A stretch of DNA of 64,000 nucleotides from the human T2T-CHM13v2.0 reference genome, Homo sapiens: NCBI RefSeq assembly GCF_009914755.1, contig NC_060931.1; one strand, written 5' to 3'. Below, piece by piece: positions 1 through 13,299 of the stretch. Position 1 is the stretch's first letter, and each line of letters starts with the position of its first letter. Position numbers and translations under genes: made by a program. Below the pieces are notes generated by a model. The model was not told the origin of the DNA and ran no database searches. It saw only the letters and a list, made by a program, of their open reading frames with translations.

Positions 1-180
1 CACTTTAGTTAACTTGGTTTTCAGCCATTTCTCAGACTTGGTTTTTCTCCTAAAGTTTTAGCCTTAAGCCATCACTCTTCACTGTGAGTCTGTCTGTTAA
101 GCGCTTCCAACTATTCACTTCTAGTTTTCTATGATGTCTTACATGTGTATAGTTACCATGCAGCAACTGTGTGTGTGTGT

Positions 181-459
181 AAGACAGAGTCTCACTCTGT
201 CAACCCAGGCTGGAGTGCAGTTGTGGGTTCATGGCTCTCTACAGCCTTGAGCTGGGGTCAGGTGATCACCCCGCCTCAGCCTCCAAGTAGCTGGGACCAC
301 AGGTGCACACCACTGCATCTGTCTAATTTTTGTATTTTTTGTAGATACAGGGTTTCACCATGTTGCCCAGGCTGGTCTCAAACTCCTCGACTCAAGTTAT
401 CCGCCCACCTGGGCCTCCCAAAATGCTGGGGTGACAGGTATGAACCACCGCACCTGGCC
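181..459 (-). mobile_element. AluJ-like
   Basis: Antisense Alu consensus. Confidence 0.9.
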
Positions 460-1810
460 TGTTTTTCTTGTGCAATAAAATACATAGAGTAAAATTCTAT
501 GCAGGTGGGTAAATAATACCAGGTTTCTTTCCTTTTGAATTTGAAATAGGTATTGGCATTTCTTATTCAATTTATTGACACCGCTATATTTCAGGTGTTG
601 TGCTTAGGTTGGAACACAAACATGGGTGCTGGCTAGAGGAGAGGTATTTAAGGGGATGCAGTGAAGTATGAGAGTCCGGCCTAGCTCGTGCAGGTGTCAG
701 GTCACCTGTTGGAGGTTTCTGTTCATTGTTCTGGGCTCCAGACCTACCTGTGTCTTGTTTCCAGGTCAGGTACCTCAGATTCATAATTTTACCTTCCCTT
801 GGAATCAGTTTAAACTTTCATGTTGATGTCTTTTTTTTCTCTCTACCTGAATAAATGTTCATGAACTTTGACGTTTCTATTTGTCTTCCTGTACATTGCT
901 GTGGCCTGAATCAGTTTGTTCTGTTCCTTAGCCTGTTTTTTCCAGTCTTCTTTTCCCCCACTAGCACCGTAAGAATCTCATTCATATTTGAGAATGAGAT
1001 TGGTTGATTTGAGAATCATTCATTCATATTTGAGAATGAGAATGAGATTGGTCTTGGTTGCTCTCAGTAAGTCATAACATAAGCACATTCAGAATTCACA
1101 TTTAATTGTCTATTTTGACGTTTAGTGATAAGGTTCGTGATTGCTGGGGGTCGGGGCACTTTTTCACCCGAGTCAATCTGCTGAGCCCTTGGAGCCTGCG
1201 GCTGTGCTTTGCAGGGACACCGTGCCAGGACACGCTGGTCCCTGCTGCAGCTCTGCACCTGCCAGTTGAGCAGTCCCGTCTTGGCTGCCGCCACCACTCT
1301 TTTCAGGTCCACACTCTGACCATCGCCTTCCCTTCCATAGGAGCTGCACTGCAGGGGGGTGCTCAGGTGGCAGCCTTCCTGCTTCGCCTGCTCACTGCAA
1401 AATTCTCTCCTTTATAGAAAACCAAAATTTCAAAGAACAGCAGATCACACAGAAGGAATAACAAATTGTCTTCAAAGTAGATTAATGATGATCCATGTCT
1501 GTTTTAGAATAACCATCCATCCCAACAGATGTGTTTGGACACTTTTCATCTTGCACTCTTAATTTAGGAGTCTTACATTAATCTGATTCTGCTCACCTAA
1601 TGAGCATGGCTTACATCAAATGAACCTAAACATAGAAAGTTTTCATATTTTTCAGATGTAATCTATCCTTCTCGTGTGTGTGTGTGTATATATATGTTTA
1701 TCCATACTTTTAGCATAAGTCTGTAAAAGGACATACTGGTTCACAGAAGAAATGCAAATAGTAAGCATATGGAAAAATGTTCAACCTTATAACTGTTAAA
1801 TGAAGAATTA

Positions 1811-2089
<279 letters not shown>

Positions 2090-2217
2090 CTATCAGGTTG
2101 ACAAACATTGTTAAGAAATGACTATTACAGCCAGTGTTGGCAAGGAGACCAAGCTCTACAGTGCAGGCAGAAATGTTAGTTTGCTGTGATCTTTCTGGAG
2201 GGAAATTTAGAGATATA

Positions 2218-2528
<311 letters not shown>

Positions 2529-3387
2529 TAAAAATGTACTGTGGCCCAGCAATTTATTTTTTAAACTTTATCCTAAGGAAATAGTTGTATTCAAAATTGC
2601 ATGTGCAAGGCTCTTCAGCATATTTTAATAATAGGAAACAATGGAAAACAACCTCAATCTTCAATATTAAGGATAACTATAAACTGCTATTAAAAACACA
2701 ATGAAGACTGTTGACATGGAATAATGTTCATAATATATTGCTGTGGGAAAGCAGGATATGAAGTGGTATGTGAATTGTGAACCATCAGCACATGCTCCTG
2801 CTTTTGAAAAAGTTTGTGTACACCATATGGAAAGGAACTGTCCCTTATAAGGTGGTGGACTTCTATATGAGTTTTTAAAAATTGCTCTTCTTTGCCTTCT
2901 AGATTTTCGTATAGAGCATGCATTTAAAAGTGCAGTTTATTAGTTTGCCTTTTGCAAATGTTAAGCCTAGTTTGCAAAGTTCTTGCTATCTTTTACTACT
3001 GACCTGGTACTATTAAAATCATTCTTAGGATTGAGAAATTGTATATCTGTCTTAAAGTAAGACCCTGTAGAAATTATGAGATTGTGTACTTGTCACAAGT
3101 GATTTTTTTTTTTTTTGGTGGGGTAGGCGGTTAGTATAAATATGGCATGTTCTTCAGCTATTTTTCAAAGTTTGATTCACGGTAATTATACTCAGAGTAC
3201 TTTGAACATTATGTAACACATTTTTTAGTTCATTATAATCAATTGCAATTAGTTTTTACTTTTGAAGTATGCTATTAGATGTGAATTTATTTGCTTTGTA
3301 TGGGATATTTCTTTACAGAAATGCACGTACCCACAGACTGGACAGGACTTTATTCTTTTATAACTACAGACGGATTATACAGGATAG

Positions 3388-3930
<543 letters not shown>

Positions 3931-5967
3931 TGATTCTGTTCTGTTTAGTTTTGCTTCTTTGATTGAATTGGCTTTTCTTTTAGCTAATGAGAATGGTTGG
4001 AGTTTGGCAATAACTAAAAGTCAAGAATTGATTCCCCAGGTGTGTTCACTTCAGAAATAAGGCATGGTGCTGTGGGTAACAGAGACATTTGAGAATACTG
4101 GCTCCGTCATCCTGCTGCTCACTTTATATTACGTTAGTAGTAGATGCTGAACTCCGGGAAGGCAGTCTGTTGGTGAGGCCTAAGTCACACACATGGTACC
4201 TGGCACTGGGCAGGTGCCCAGAAGGTGTCTGCTTGCTGAAAGGTGAGATGTGAAGCTTTGCATCTGATAGGACCCTTTCACAGTGACTTGCCCCTCCCCA
4301 TCAGTACAGAAGCATGCCTTGGCAGACAACGTTTCTAGGATGACAGAAGAGTTGTAGGACCTATTTTGGAGGCTGAACCAGGCTTGGCTCTTGGACATAA
4401 ACCCCTGTACCACCTTACACCATTTCCCCACCTGCCTGCGGAGGAGGCCCCAGATACCTGCTTACGTTCTCACCTGCTTTCTGGCCAAAGAAGCTTTCAG
4501 AGGACCTTCAGCAAAGAACCTCAGAGTTTTAAAAGTCAAATGTATGGGTTTGTTAGAGTCTATGGCTGCCTTAGTATAAAATACCTAATCTATTGTCTGC
4601 TGAATGAAACTTCTATTTTATTGCCTTGTAGACTTTTAATTTTTTATCTCTGATGTTTTTGCTTTTTCTTATTTCATCTTAATTCCTATATTTAACTTGT
4701 CCTCATACTGTTTTAATTTTTTTTCCCTTTAAGAATAACTTTAGATGTGACCATTTTTCTCCTAAAGATTAGTCATAGTTCGTTTTTCTACTCTTCTAAA
4801 GTAAATGATTTATGAACACTTAATTTGTGTGCATGTTGAGGCAACAGGTGGTGAGTGTGGCATTGTGGGGGGCGGTGGGTTCAGGGAGCAGCAGGAGCCC
4901 AGGCATAGAGAGCAGCGGGGAGCCTCCGGCCCTGTCCTTTCACACAGGCGCCCTTCAGGGCTCATTCTTCAGGAAAATGGCACACCTCATAATTCAGGAA
5001 TACATCCGTTTCACAGTCCTTCCTTGAACATGGGGAATTCTCCCCTTCCAGATAATACACTTGAATTATCCCAATAGCGCTTTTTCCTCAGGTCTCATAC
5101 CAGTGAGGTGTGAGGAGGGGCTGGTGGCCTGGACAGATCTCCCTCAGGCAGCTTCTGATCACATGAAGAGCCTGCTCATTCCATTTCTGATAACATTTCT
5201 CCATATAGTTCAGTTGATTTAAAGCTGAGATAAAAATACTGTGAAGCTAAGACTGTGTGTCATCAGAGCTATATAAGATCTGCTTTCACTCCTGCCTCTG
5301 CTGACTCAGCCTGGATTCAAAGCACAGTTGATCCTGTTCTTTAGGCGAAGGTGCCCTAAACCGGGGGCACCTCTCGGGCTGCCATGTAAACTTCGTGTCC
5401 GTTGAGCACCTTTTTATATGCTCGTTGACCATTCGTATGTCATCTTTTGTAAAGTGTCCAAGTCTTTCGCCTCCTGTTTTTTCCATTTTGGGGATATTTT
5501 GCTTTTTGTTAGTTTTAGTTCTTTATATGTCAAGGATACCAGTGTTTTGTCAGATATATTTTGCTAATATTTTCTTCAAGTCTGAGGCTTGCTAATCATT
5601 TTCTTAATGGTGTCTTTGGGTGAGCAAATGTTTACTTTGGGGAAACCTAATTTATTGGTTTTATTTTATTTTTGCAGTTATTGCCTCTGTGACATAAGAA
5701 ACCTTTGCCTAGATCTCAAATATATTTTGTGTTTTCCTCATAAGACTTTATGGTTTGGGCATTTACTTTTAGACCTGTGATCCACCTGGAGTTAACTTTT
5801 GTATATGGTGTACAGTAAGGCTTAAGGTTAAATTTCCCCTGTGTGGATATCCAATTATTCCAGTGTCATTTGTTGAAAAAAACTTTTCCTCAATGGACTG
5901 TCAACTTCTTGTCAATGTCTACCCCAAAAGTTGATTGATTGGAATGGTATTGAATTTTTTTAATGGC

Positions 5968-6264
5968 TTTTTTTTTTTTTTGAGACAGTTTTGCTGTTTT
6001 TGCCCAGGCCGGAGTGCAATGGTGCAACCTTGGCTTACTGCAATCTCCACCTCGCAGGTTCAAGTGATTCTCCTGCCTCAGCCTCCTGAGTAGCTGGGAT
6101 TACAGACGCACGCCACCACGCCTAGCTAATTTTTTTGTATTTTTAACAGAGACAGGATTTCACCATGTTGGCCAGGCTGGTCTTGAACTCCTGACCTCCA
6201 GTAATCCACCTACCTCGGCCTCCCATAGAGCTGGGATTACAGGTGTGAGCCATTGTGCCCAGCC
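5968..6264 (-). mobile_element. AluS
   Basis: TSD ttaatggct. Confidence 0.9.
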
Positions 6265-6520
6265 TTAATGGCTCTGAGATCTAATTCACATAGCATACAA
6301 TGCACTCATTTAAAGTGTACGTTTCAATAGTTTCTGGTATATTCACAGATAATGTTCAACTGTCACATTCAATTTTAGAAGATTTTCATCATCTCAAAAA
6401 GAAACCCTGTGCCCTTTAGTTGTCACTTCCTTCTTACCCCTACCTTCTACTAATGTACTTTGTCTCTATAAATTCACCTATTCTGAACATTTTGTATACA
6501 TGTAACTATATGATATGTGG

Positions 6521-6917
6521 TGTTATGGACTTAATTGTGCCTCTCCTCCATTCATATCTTGAAGCCCTAACCCCCAGTATATTTGGATGGTATTTGGAGG
6601 TAAGGCTATTTGGGGGAATAATTAAGGTTAAATAAAATCGTGAGGGTGGGGCCTTACCCTGATAGGATTGGTGTCCTTATAAGAAGAGGAAGAGACACCA
6701 GAGAGCTCTCTCTCCACATACACAGAGGAAAGGCCATGTGAGGACACAGTGAGAAGGTGGCCGTCTGCAACCCTGGAAGAGAGCCCTCACCAGAAACCAA
6801 CCCTGACAGTACCTTGAGCTCGGACCTCTAGTCTCCAGAACTGTGAGAAAATAAATTCCTGTTGTTTAAGCCGTCTTGTCTGGTATTTTGTTATGGCAGC
6901 CTAAGCCGACTAATACA
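6521..6917 (+). mobile_element. MLT1A-like MaLR solo LTR inserted in an antisense L1
   Basis: TGTTATGGAC...GACTAATACA; 5-bp TSD TGTGG. Confidence 0.88.
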
Positions 6918-7335
6918 TGTGGTCTTTTGTGACTGGCTTTCTTCCATTTAGTATAATGTTTTGTAACTTCATCCATGTTGTAGCATATGTCAGTACTTCA
7001 TTTTTATGGTAAAATAAGATTCCATTCTGTGGATATACCACATTTTGTTTATCCATTCATCAGGTGATGGACAGTTGGGTTATTTCCAACTTTTACTATT
7101 ACGAATAGTGCTGCTGTAAATATTTGTGTACAGGTTTCTATGTAGACATATGTTTTCATTTTTCTTAGATGCCTACAAGTGTTATTTCTGGGTCAGATGG
7201 TAACTGTGTGTTTAACCATTTGCAGAACTGCCAAATTATTTTCCAAAGTGGCTGCATTATATTACTTTCCCACCAGCAGTGTATGAGGGTTCCAGTTTCT
7301 CCACATTCTGGCCAACACTTGTTGTGTTGTGTTGT

Positions 7336-7643
7336 ATTTATTTATTTAGTTATTTACTTATTTTGAGACAGAGTCTTGCTGTAATTCAGGATGGAGTGCG
7401 TGGCGAGATCTCAGCTCACTGCAACCTCCTCCTCTTAGGTTCAAGCGATTCTCCTGCCTCAGCCTCCCGAGTAGCTGGAACCGCAGGTGCGCATCACCAT
7501 GCCCAGCTAATTTTGGTGTTTGTAGTAGAGACAGGGTTTCATCACGTTGGCCAGGCTGGTCTCGAGCTCCTGGCCTCAAGTGATTCTCCTGCCTCAGCCC
7601 CCCAAAGTGCTGGGATTGCGGGCATGAGCCACCACATCCGGCT
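7336..7643 (-). mobile_element. AluS
   Basis: Antisense Alu consensus. Confidence 0.9.
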
Positions 7644-7960
7644 CAACACTTGTTATTTTCTGACTTTTTGATTCTAGCCATCCTAGTGGGAATGAAGTAG
7701 TATCTCATTGTGGTTTTGATGTTCACCCTTATTGAAAATCAGGTCCACAGATTCATGAGTTTATTACTGTCATTTTGTAGTAAGTTTAGAAATTGTGATG
7801 TTTGAGTCCTCCAATGTTGTTCTTTTTGTAGATTATTTTGGCTCTTTTGAGTCTCTTGAAATTCTATATGTATTTTGGAATCAGCTTGTTAACTTCCTAC
7901 AATGAAGCCAACTGGGATTCTGATAGGGATTACATTGAATCTTTGGATCAATTTGGGGAG

Positions 7961-8316
7961 TATATTAGTCTGTTCTCATACAGCTAATAAAGATATACCC
8001 GAGACTGGGTAATTTATGAAGGAAAGAGGTTTAACGGACTCACAGTTCCACGTGGCTGGGGAGGCCTCACAATCATGGTAGAAGGCAAAGGAGAAGCAAA
8101 GTCATGTCTTACATGGCAGTAGGCAAGAGAGCTTATGCAGGGAAACTCCCATTTATAAAACCATCAGATTCTATGAGACTTATTCACTACCACGAGAACA
8201 CTATCGGGGAAACTGCTTTCATGGTTTGGTTATCTCCACCTGACCTTGCCCTTGACAGATGGGGATTATTACAGTTCAAGGTGCTATTTGGGTGGGGACA
8301 CAGCCAAACCATGTCA
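7961..8316 (-). mobile_element. THE1(B)-like MaLR solo LTR
   Basis: tatattagtc...cagccaaaccatgtca; 5-bp TSD GGGAG; removing it restores host L1 sequence ttggggagtattgccat. Confidence 0.9.
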
Positions 8317-8368
8317 GGGAGTATTGCCATTTTAATTAATAATTCTTAAATCTTTCTACCTTTTCTGG

Positions 8369-8682
8369 TTTTTTTTTTTTTTTTTTTTTTTTTTTTGAGT
8401 TGGAGTCTCACTCACTCTGTTGCCCAGGCTGGAGTGCATTGCATGTTCTTGGCTCACTGCAGTCTCTGCCTCCCGGGTTCAAGCGATTCTCCTGCCTCAG
8501 CCTCCTGAGTAGCTGGAATTACAGACATGCACCACCACGCCCAGCTAATTTTTGTATTTTTAGTAGAGACTGGGTGTTTGACCATGTTGGCCAGGCTAGT
8601 CTCAAACTCCTGACCTCAAGTGATCCACCTCCCTCAGCCTCCCAAAGTGCTGGGATTACAGGCATCAGCCATCATGCCCAAC
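8369..8682 (-). mobile_element. AluS
   Basis: 17-bp TSD tctttctaccttttctg. Confidence 0.92.
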
Positions 8683-9036
8683 TCTTTCTACCTTTTCTGA
8701 TATAAGTATTTGAAAGTATAAATTTCCTTTTAAGGATTTTTAGCCTTATTCTGCAAATTTTGATATGTTGTATCTTCATTACCATTTAATTCAAAACACT
8801 TTATTTGACCTTTGAATTATATAGGAAGATATTGTTTAGAAATATTGGATTTTCCCGGGTAGCTTATTGTTACTAATTCCTAATTATAATTCCATTTTGA
8901 TCAGAGAACACACTGTATAATTTCCGTCCTTTTAAATGTATTGAAACGTGTTCAGTGGCCCAGAAAATAGCCTATCTTGGTGAATGTGCCATGTACTCTT
9001 GAAAAGAATGTGGGTTCTGCAGCTGTTGGCTGTAGA

Positions 9037-9248
9037 TGGTGATGTGCTGGAGCTGGATCAGATCAGCTTGCGGGAGATGATTGTGCCCATCTCTCTCCCA
9101 TCTCCCTGTGTGATATTGTCCTGTTGGTAGCTTGCATCTGCCATGGTGGGAACCTTATACAATAGACATCTATGGAGGCTACAAATCAGGGCTTTTCTTT
9201 TTTTCTTTTCTCCCTGCTCAGAGAGCCAATTTACCAGTATACCACTGG
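9037..9248 (+). mobile_element. MER63A-like (hAT-Blackjack)
   Basis: gtgatgtgctggag...ttggtagcttg...ctacaaatcagggc...ccagtataccactgg; flanks tgtaga/tgtaga. Confidence 0.75.
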
Positions 9249-9401
9249 GTGTAGAATGTTACAACTGCCCATACAGATCATCCAAGTTGTGATTGATATT
9301 TTTCCTATGGTCTAGTTGCTGAGAGGAATGTTGAATCTTATCCTATGATTGTGAAATTGTCTCCTTTACCCTTTAATTCTGTCAAATTTTCATATATTTT
9401 A

Positions 9402-9711
9402 AGCCAGGTGTGGTGGCTCACATCTGTAACCCCAGCACATTGGGAGGCCAAGGCGGGCAGATCGCCGGAGGCCAAGGCGGGCAGATCGCCTGATGCCAGG
9501 AGCTCAAGACCAGCCTGGCCAACGTGATGAAACCCTGTCTCTACTAAAAATACAAAAATTAGCCGGTCATGGTGGTGGGCGCCTGTAGTTACTCTGGAGG
9601 CTGAGGCAGGAGAATCGCTTGAACCTGGGAGGTGGAGGTTTCAGTGAGCCGAGATGGCACCACTGCACTCCAGCCTAGGTGACAGAGCAAGACTCCATCT
9701 CAAAAAACAAA
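9402..9711 (+). mobile_element. AluS with internal 24-bp tandem duplication
   Basis: Alu consensus. Confidence 0.9.
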
Positions 9712-10173
9712 TTTTTTTTCATATATTTTGAAACTCTGTTGTTAGACAAAAATACATTTGCGAATATGTCTTTTAAGTACATTTATTATGAAATGTGTCC
9801 CTTTTTATCCCTGGTAGTAATTTGTTGCCTGATAGTTATTAGCTTCTTTAACCTCTTTCTATGCTTAATGTTTGCATGATAATCTTTTTCCATCCATTTG
9901 CTTTCAACTTATGTGTATTTTTATATTTAAATTGTGTCCCTCATGTCAACATATAGAGCGGTCTTGCTGCTTTGCCCCTTCTGACCATCTCTGTCTTTTA
10001 ATTGTAGTTTTAGCCCATTAACATTTGTTATAATTATTAATAGATTAATTTTAGGCCTACCATTTTGTTTTTTTCTCCCCTTAAAAATTTTCTTTGTTCT
10101 TGCTTTCCACCCTTCTTTAGGATTATTTGAAATTTTTTTATAGTTCCTTTTTAATATATTTGTTGGTTGTTTC

Positions 10174-10178
<5 letters not shown>

Positions 10179-10212
<34 letters not shown>
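10179..10212 (+). repeat. (TG)17 microsatellite
   Basis: Read directly from the sequence. Confidence 0.97.
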
Positions 10213-10217
<5 letters not shown>

Positions 10218-11999
10218 GAAGAAGGAATAAAGAGATTGCTCTAAGGATATAATACACATTTTTCTTAACATTCCACTTAGAGTTAAGATTGTATGACATC
10301 ATAGAAAATGTAGAGGAATTGTGGTTGTATAGTTCCATTTACTACTCGTATCGCTCTCCTTTATATTACCTCTACATATGTTTTTAAACCCACAAGACGA
10401 TATTATAAATTTTTGTTTTAAACCATCCTTTGTATTTTAAAGAATTAAGAAAAGTATATTTACCCAGATACTTACTGTTTCTACTGCTCTTCATTCCTTC
10501 CTAAAGATGCAGGATTCTATTGTAGTGTCAGTTTGCTTCCACCCAAAATGCAGGTCTCTACTATGAATTCCCTTAGTTTTATTTTACCTGAAAATAGCAT
10601 TATTTTGCCTTCATCTTTGAAGGATATTTTCACTGGCTATAGAACTACAATTACTTTTTTTCTTTCAGCATTTTTTTTTCTTTCACCACTTAAACATGTT
10701 ATTGCACTGTCTTCTGGCCTTTGTAGTTTTTGATGAGAAGTTACTGGTCATGTGAACTCTTTTTCTGTGTTACGTTCTTTTTCCCTGTCCGCTTTCAAGA
10801 TTGTTCCCCCTTTGGTTTTCTAGAAGTTTTAATCTTTTTTTTCCTCTCAAGAGTTGATCGTTTCTGTTGGTCTCTGTGCAAACCCATGACTCGTCTTTAT
10901 TTTGCTGTCAAGACCATCCAATGAGTAATTTATTCTAGATTTCCTGGTATTTCAGTTCTAGAATTTTTATTTTGTTCTTTTTCATGGTTTCTGTTTTTGT
11001 GCTGCAATTTTCATTGATTATGAACATATTTTTCTATATCTTTTATTATAACTATAATAGTTGCTTTAGAGTCTTTGTCTCCTAATTCCAACATTTGGGT
11101 CAACTACAGCTGGTCTCTGTTGATTGTCTTTTGTCTTGAGAGTGGATCTCATTTTCCTGTTTCTTTTACATCAACCATGTTGGGCTGTGCCATTCCCTTC
11201 TTCCAACACTAGGCCACTTTTCAGTATACACCTTCTTTTGGTGGTTCTCTGGTGCCTTCAAGATCATTGTTTTAATATTTTTTCTAGAGTTTATCGTTAT
11301 TTGCCAGAAATGTGGTTAGGTACTTCGGTACATTTAAAATTGGAATCATGGTTTAAGTAACTGAAAGTTTCAGAGGCTCCATAGTGACTATTAGGATGAA
11401 GATGGACTGGAGGTAGGGGGTAGAAAGGAGATGTGTTCTCTATTCGCAGGAAATCAATAATTTACGCAAACGTTGATTGGTCAAAGAACAAAACAAGCAT
11501 ATGACTTAAAGACATGTACATATCCAGCTAAAAATGAAGAACTAACTCTAGAAACAGTTAAAGATGTTTCCCACTATGGGTGGGGAGGGTGGGATCATAA
11601 CATTCTGGCTTGTTCTTCAGTTGTTTTGCTTGTTTCATCTCTTCAATTTAGATATACGTTGAACCTAAATTGTCATAAGCAGGAAGTCTCCTAACCACTA
11701 TCATCTAATGCTTTCCATTCCTGACTAGATAATGGTGAGGAGTGATGCTGATTTGGGAATGAATGTGATGTTAAACTGAGTAGAAACTTCAAAACAGCTT
11801 TTAAGAAGCATTCGTTTTGTTTCAATTGTGCCTTTCAATCTGTTTTGTGAGGCCCCTTGCCTGTGTGTGTGTGAGGTCCTCTCTGAGGGGTGGGCTTGGG
11901 GGAGGAAGTAATGGTGGGGAGGGGCAGTGTTCTGGGCACTGAGCTTTCCTCCACAAAGAACACTTGGTGAGAATGAAAGGATTCTGTGGCCAAAAGTTT

Positions 12000-12625
12000 A
12001 AAACCCCTAGCCCTGCTCTCTGGAAGCAACTGCTACATTGATTCATTGATTCGAGTGCATTGCAAAGTCAGTGCACATAGTACAGTAGCTGGCCAGGTAT
12101 CAGTGATGACCTAGTCATCATCATTGCATCAGTGCACACTTGAGTGCAGCCTTGTTCTTTCTGTCAGCAAACTATTTAAGGACCATTGCAAGAATCTGCC
12201 CTGAAAGAACAAACCTTTGGATATCAAGAAAGCTCAGGATCAGACTTAGAAAATGGATGGGCGCAGATTAGGAGAAAATCCTAGAATTAGCCTTGGACTA
12301 CTACTAAGGAGTGCTAACATACTTAGTGGCTCGGAGGACAACGTTATGTGGAAAAACACAGACATCCTTAGTAAGAGTCAAAATGATTCAGAATGGACTC
12401 TATGTAAAACCATTTTGGCAATATCCTAGCCAATCTATTTAGCTTTTCTTTATCCACTTACGAGAATGTTAGGATAAATCTGTTTAAGTCTAAAACAGGT
12501 GATTCTTTAGTAAGTAAAAGTAAAAATTCCATCTGATGAAAATGCATTCTAGTTGGCAGCATTTTCTTTTCTTAAATATACTTAATGATACATGTTACGA
12601 TTGATGTCTTAGCTGAAATGTGATA
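12000..12625 (+). mobile_element. Old TcMar-Tc2 (Kanga1/MER104-like) transposon 3' part
   Basis: gaggacaacgttatgtggaaaaacacagacatc...ttggcagcattttc...tcttagctgaaat resembles the recalled consensus; ends uncertain. Confidence 0.5.
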
Positions 12626-13299
12626 AATATATTGCAGTCTTTTTAACCACCATCTATTCCATGACATTGTTAAAAGCTGCGTACTCTATCTTCAGGTGGA
12701 CCCGAGAGTGGGTTTAACTAAGTTTGACAAATAGCTTGTTACGAGTTTTTTGCCATTAGGAGCAATGCTGTGATAGTTTGCTAGCTAAGTATTTGTACAT
12801 TTCCGTGATGATTTCCCTGTGATAAATGCTTATGAATATAATTGCTGTATCAAAAGGAATGCACTTGTTGAAGGCTTTTGAATATTCCAGATTTTACTTC
12901 AGAAACGGTGTAATTGTGTACACTCTTAAGCATATGGAAGCTCCCATTTTGCTGCACTTTAGCTATCATTGGGTTTGTTTTTTTAAAAACCTTTGTTAAT
13001 TTAGTAGCTGGGAAGCCATAGATTGCCAAGGAACAGCAGTCAGGCTGAACTAAATAACCTGAAACATCCTGGAACCAAGCACCTAAAACTGGGTGCTGTG
13101 TGAAATACAGCAAAGTGTAATGCTCTGCACAAAAGTAAGAGGGAATTCCCAGGCATCTGAAGAAGAGAAGAGAGCTGAAAATGAAGGTGCTAACCATTGT
13201 GAGCCTCTGTGTGGCAGCATAAGGACTTGAGCAAGGTAGGCTGGCCGGTAGGGGTCACACAGAAAAGGAAACAAAGCCTTACACCTGGCTGGGAGGGGC

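Larger units (their letters stand above)
5390..11330 (-). mobile_element. Antisense old L1M fragments (hosts for Alus, MLT1A, THE1 and MER63)
   Basis: T-rich L1 3'UTR/ORF2-like segments (e.g. ttttccaaagtggctgca...cccaccagcagtgtatgagggttccagtt). Confidence 0.75.
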
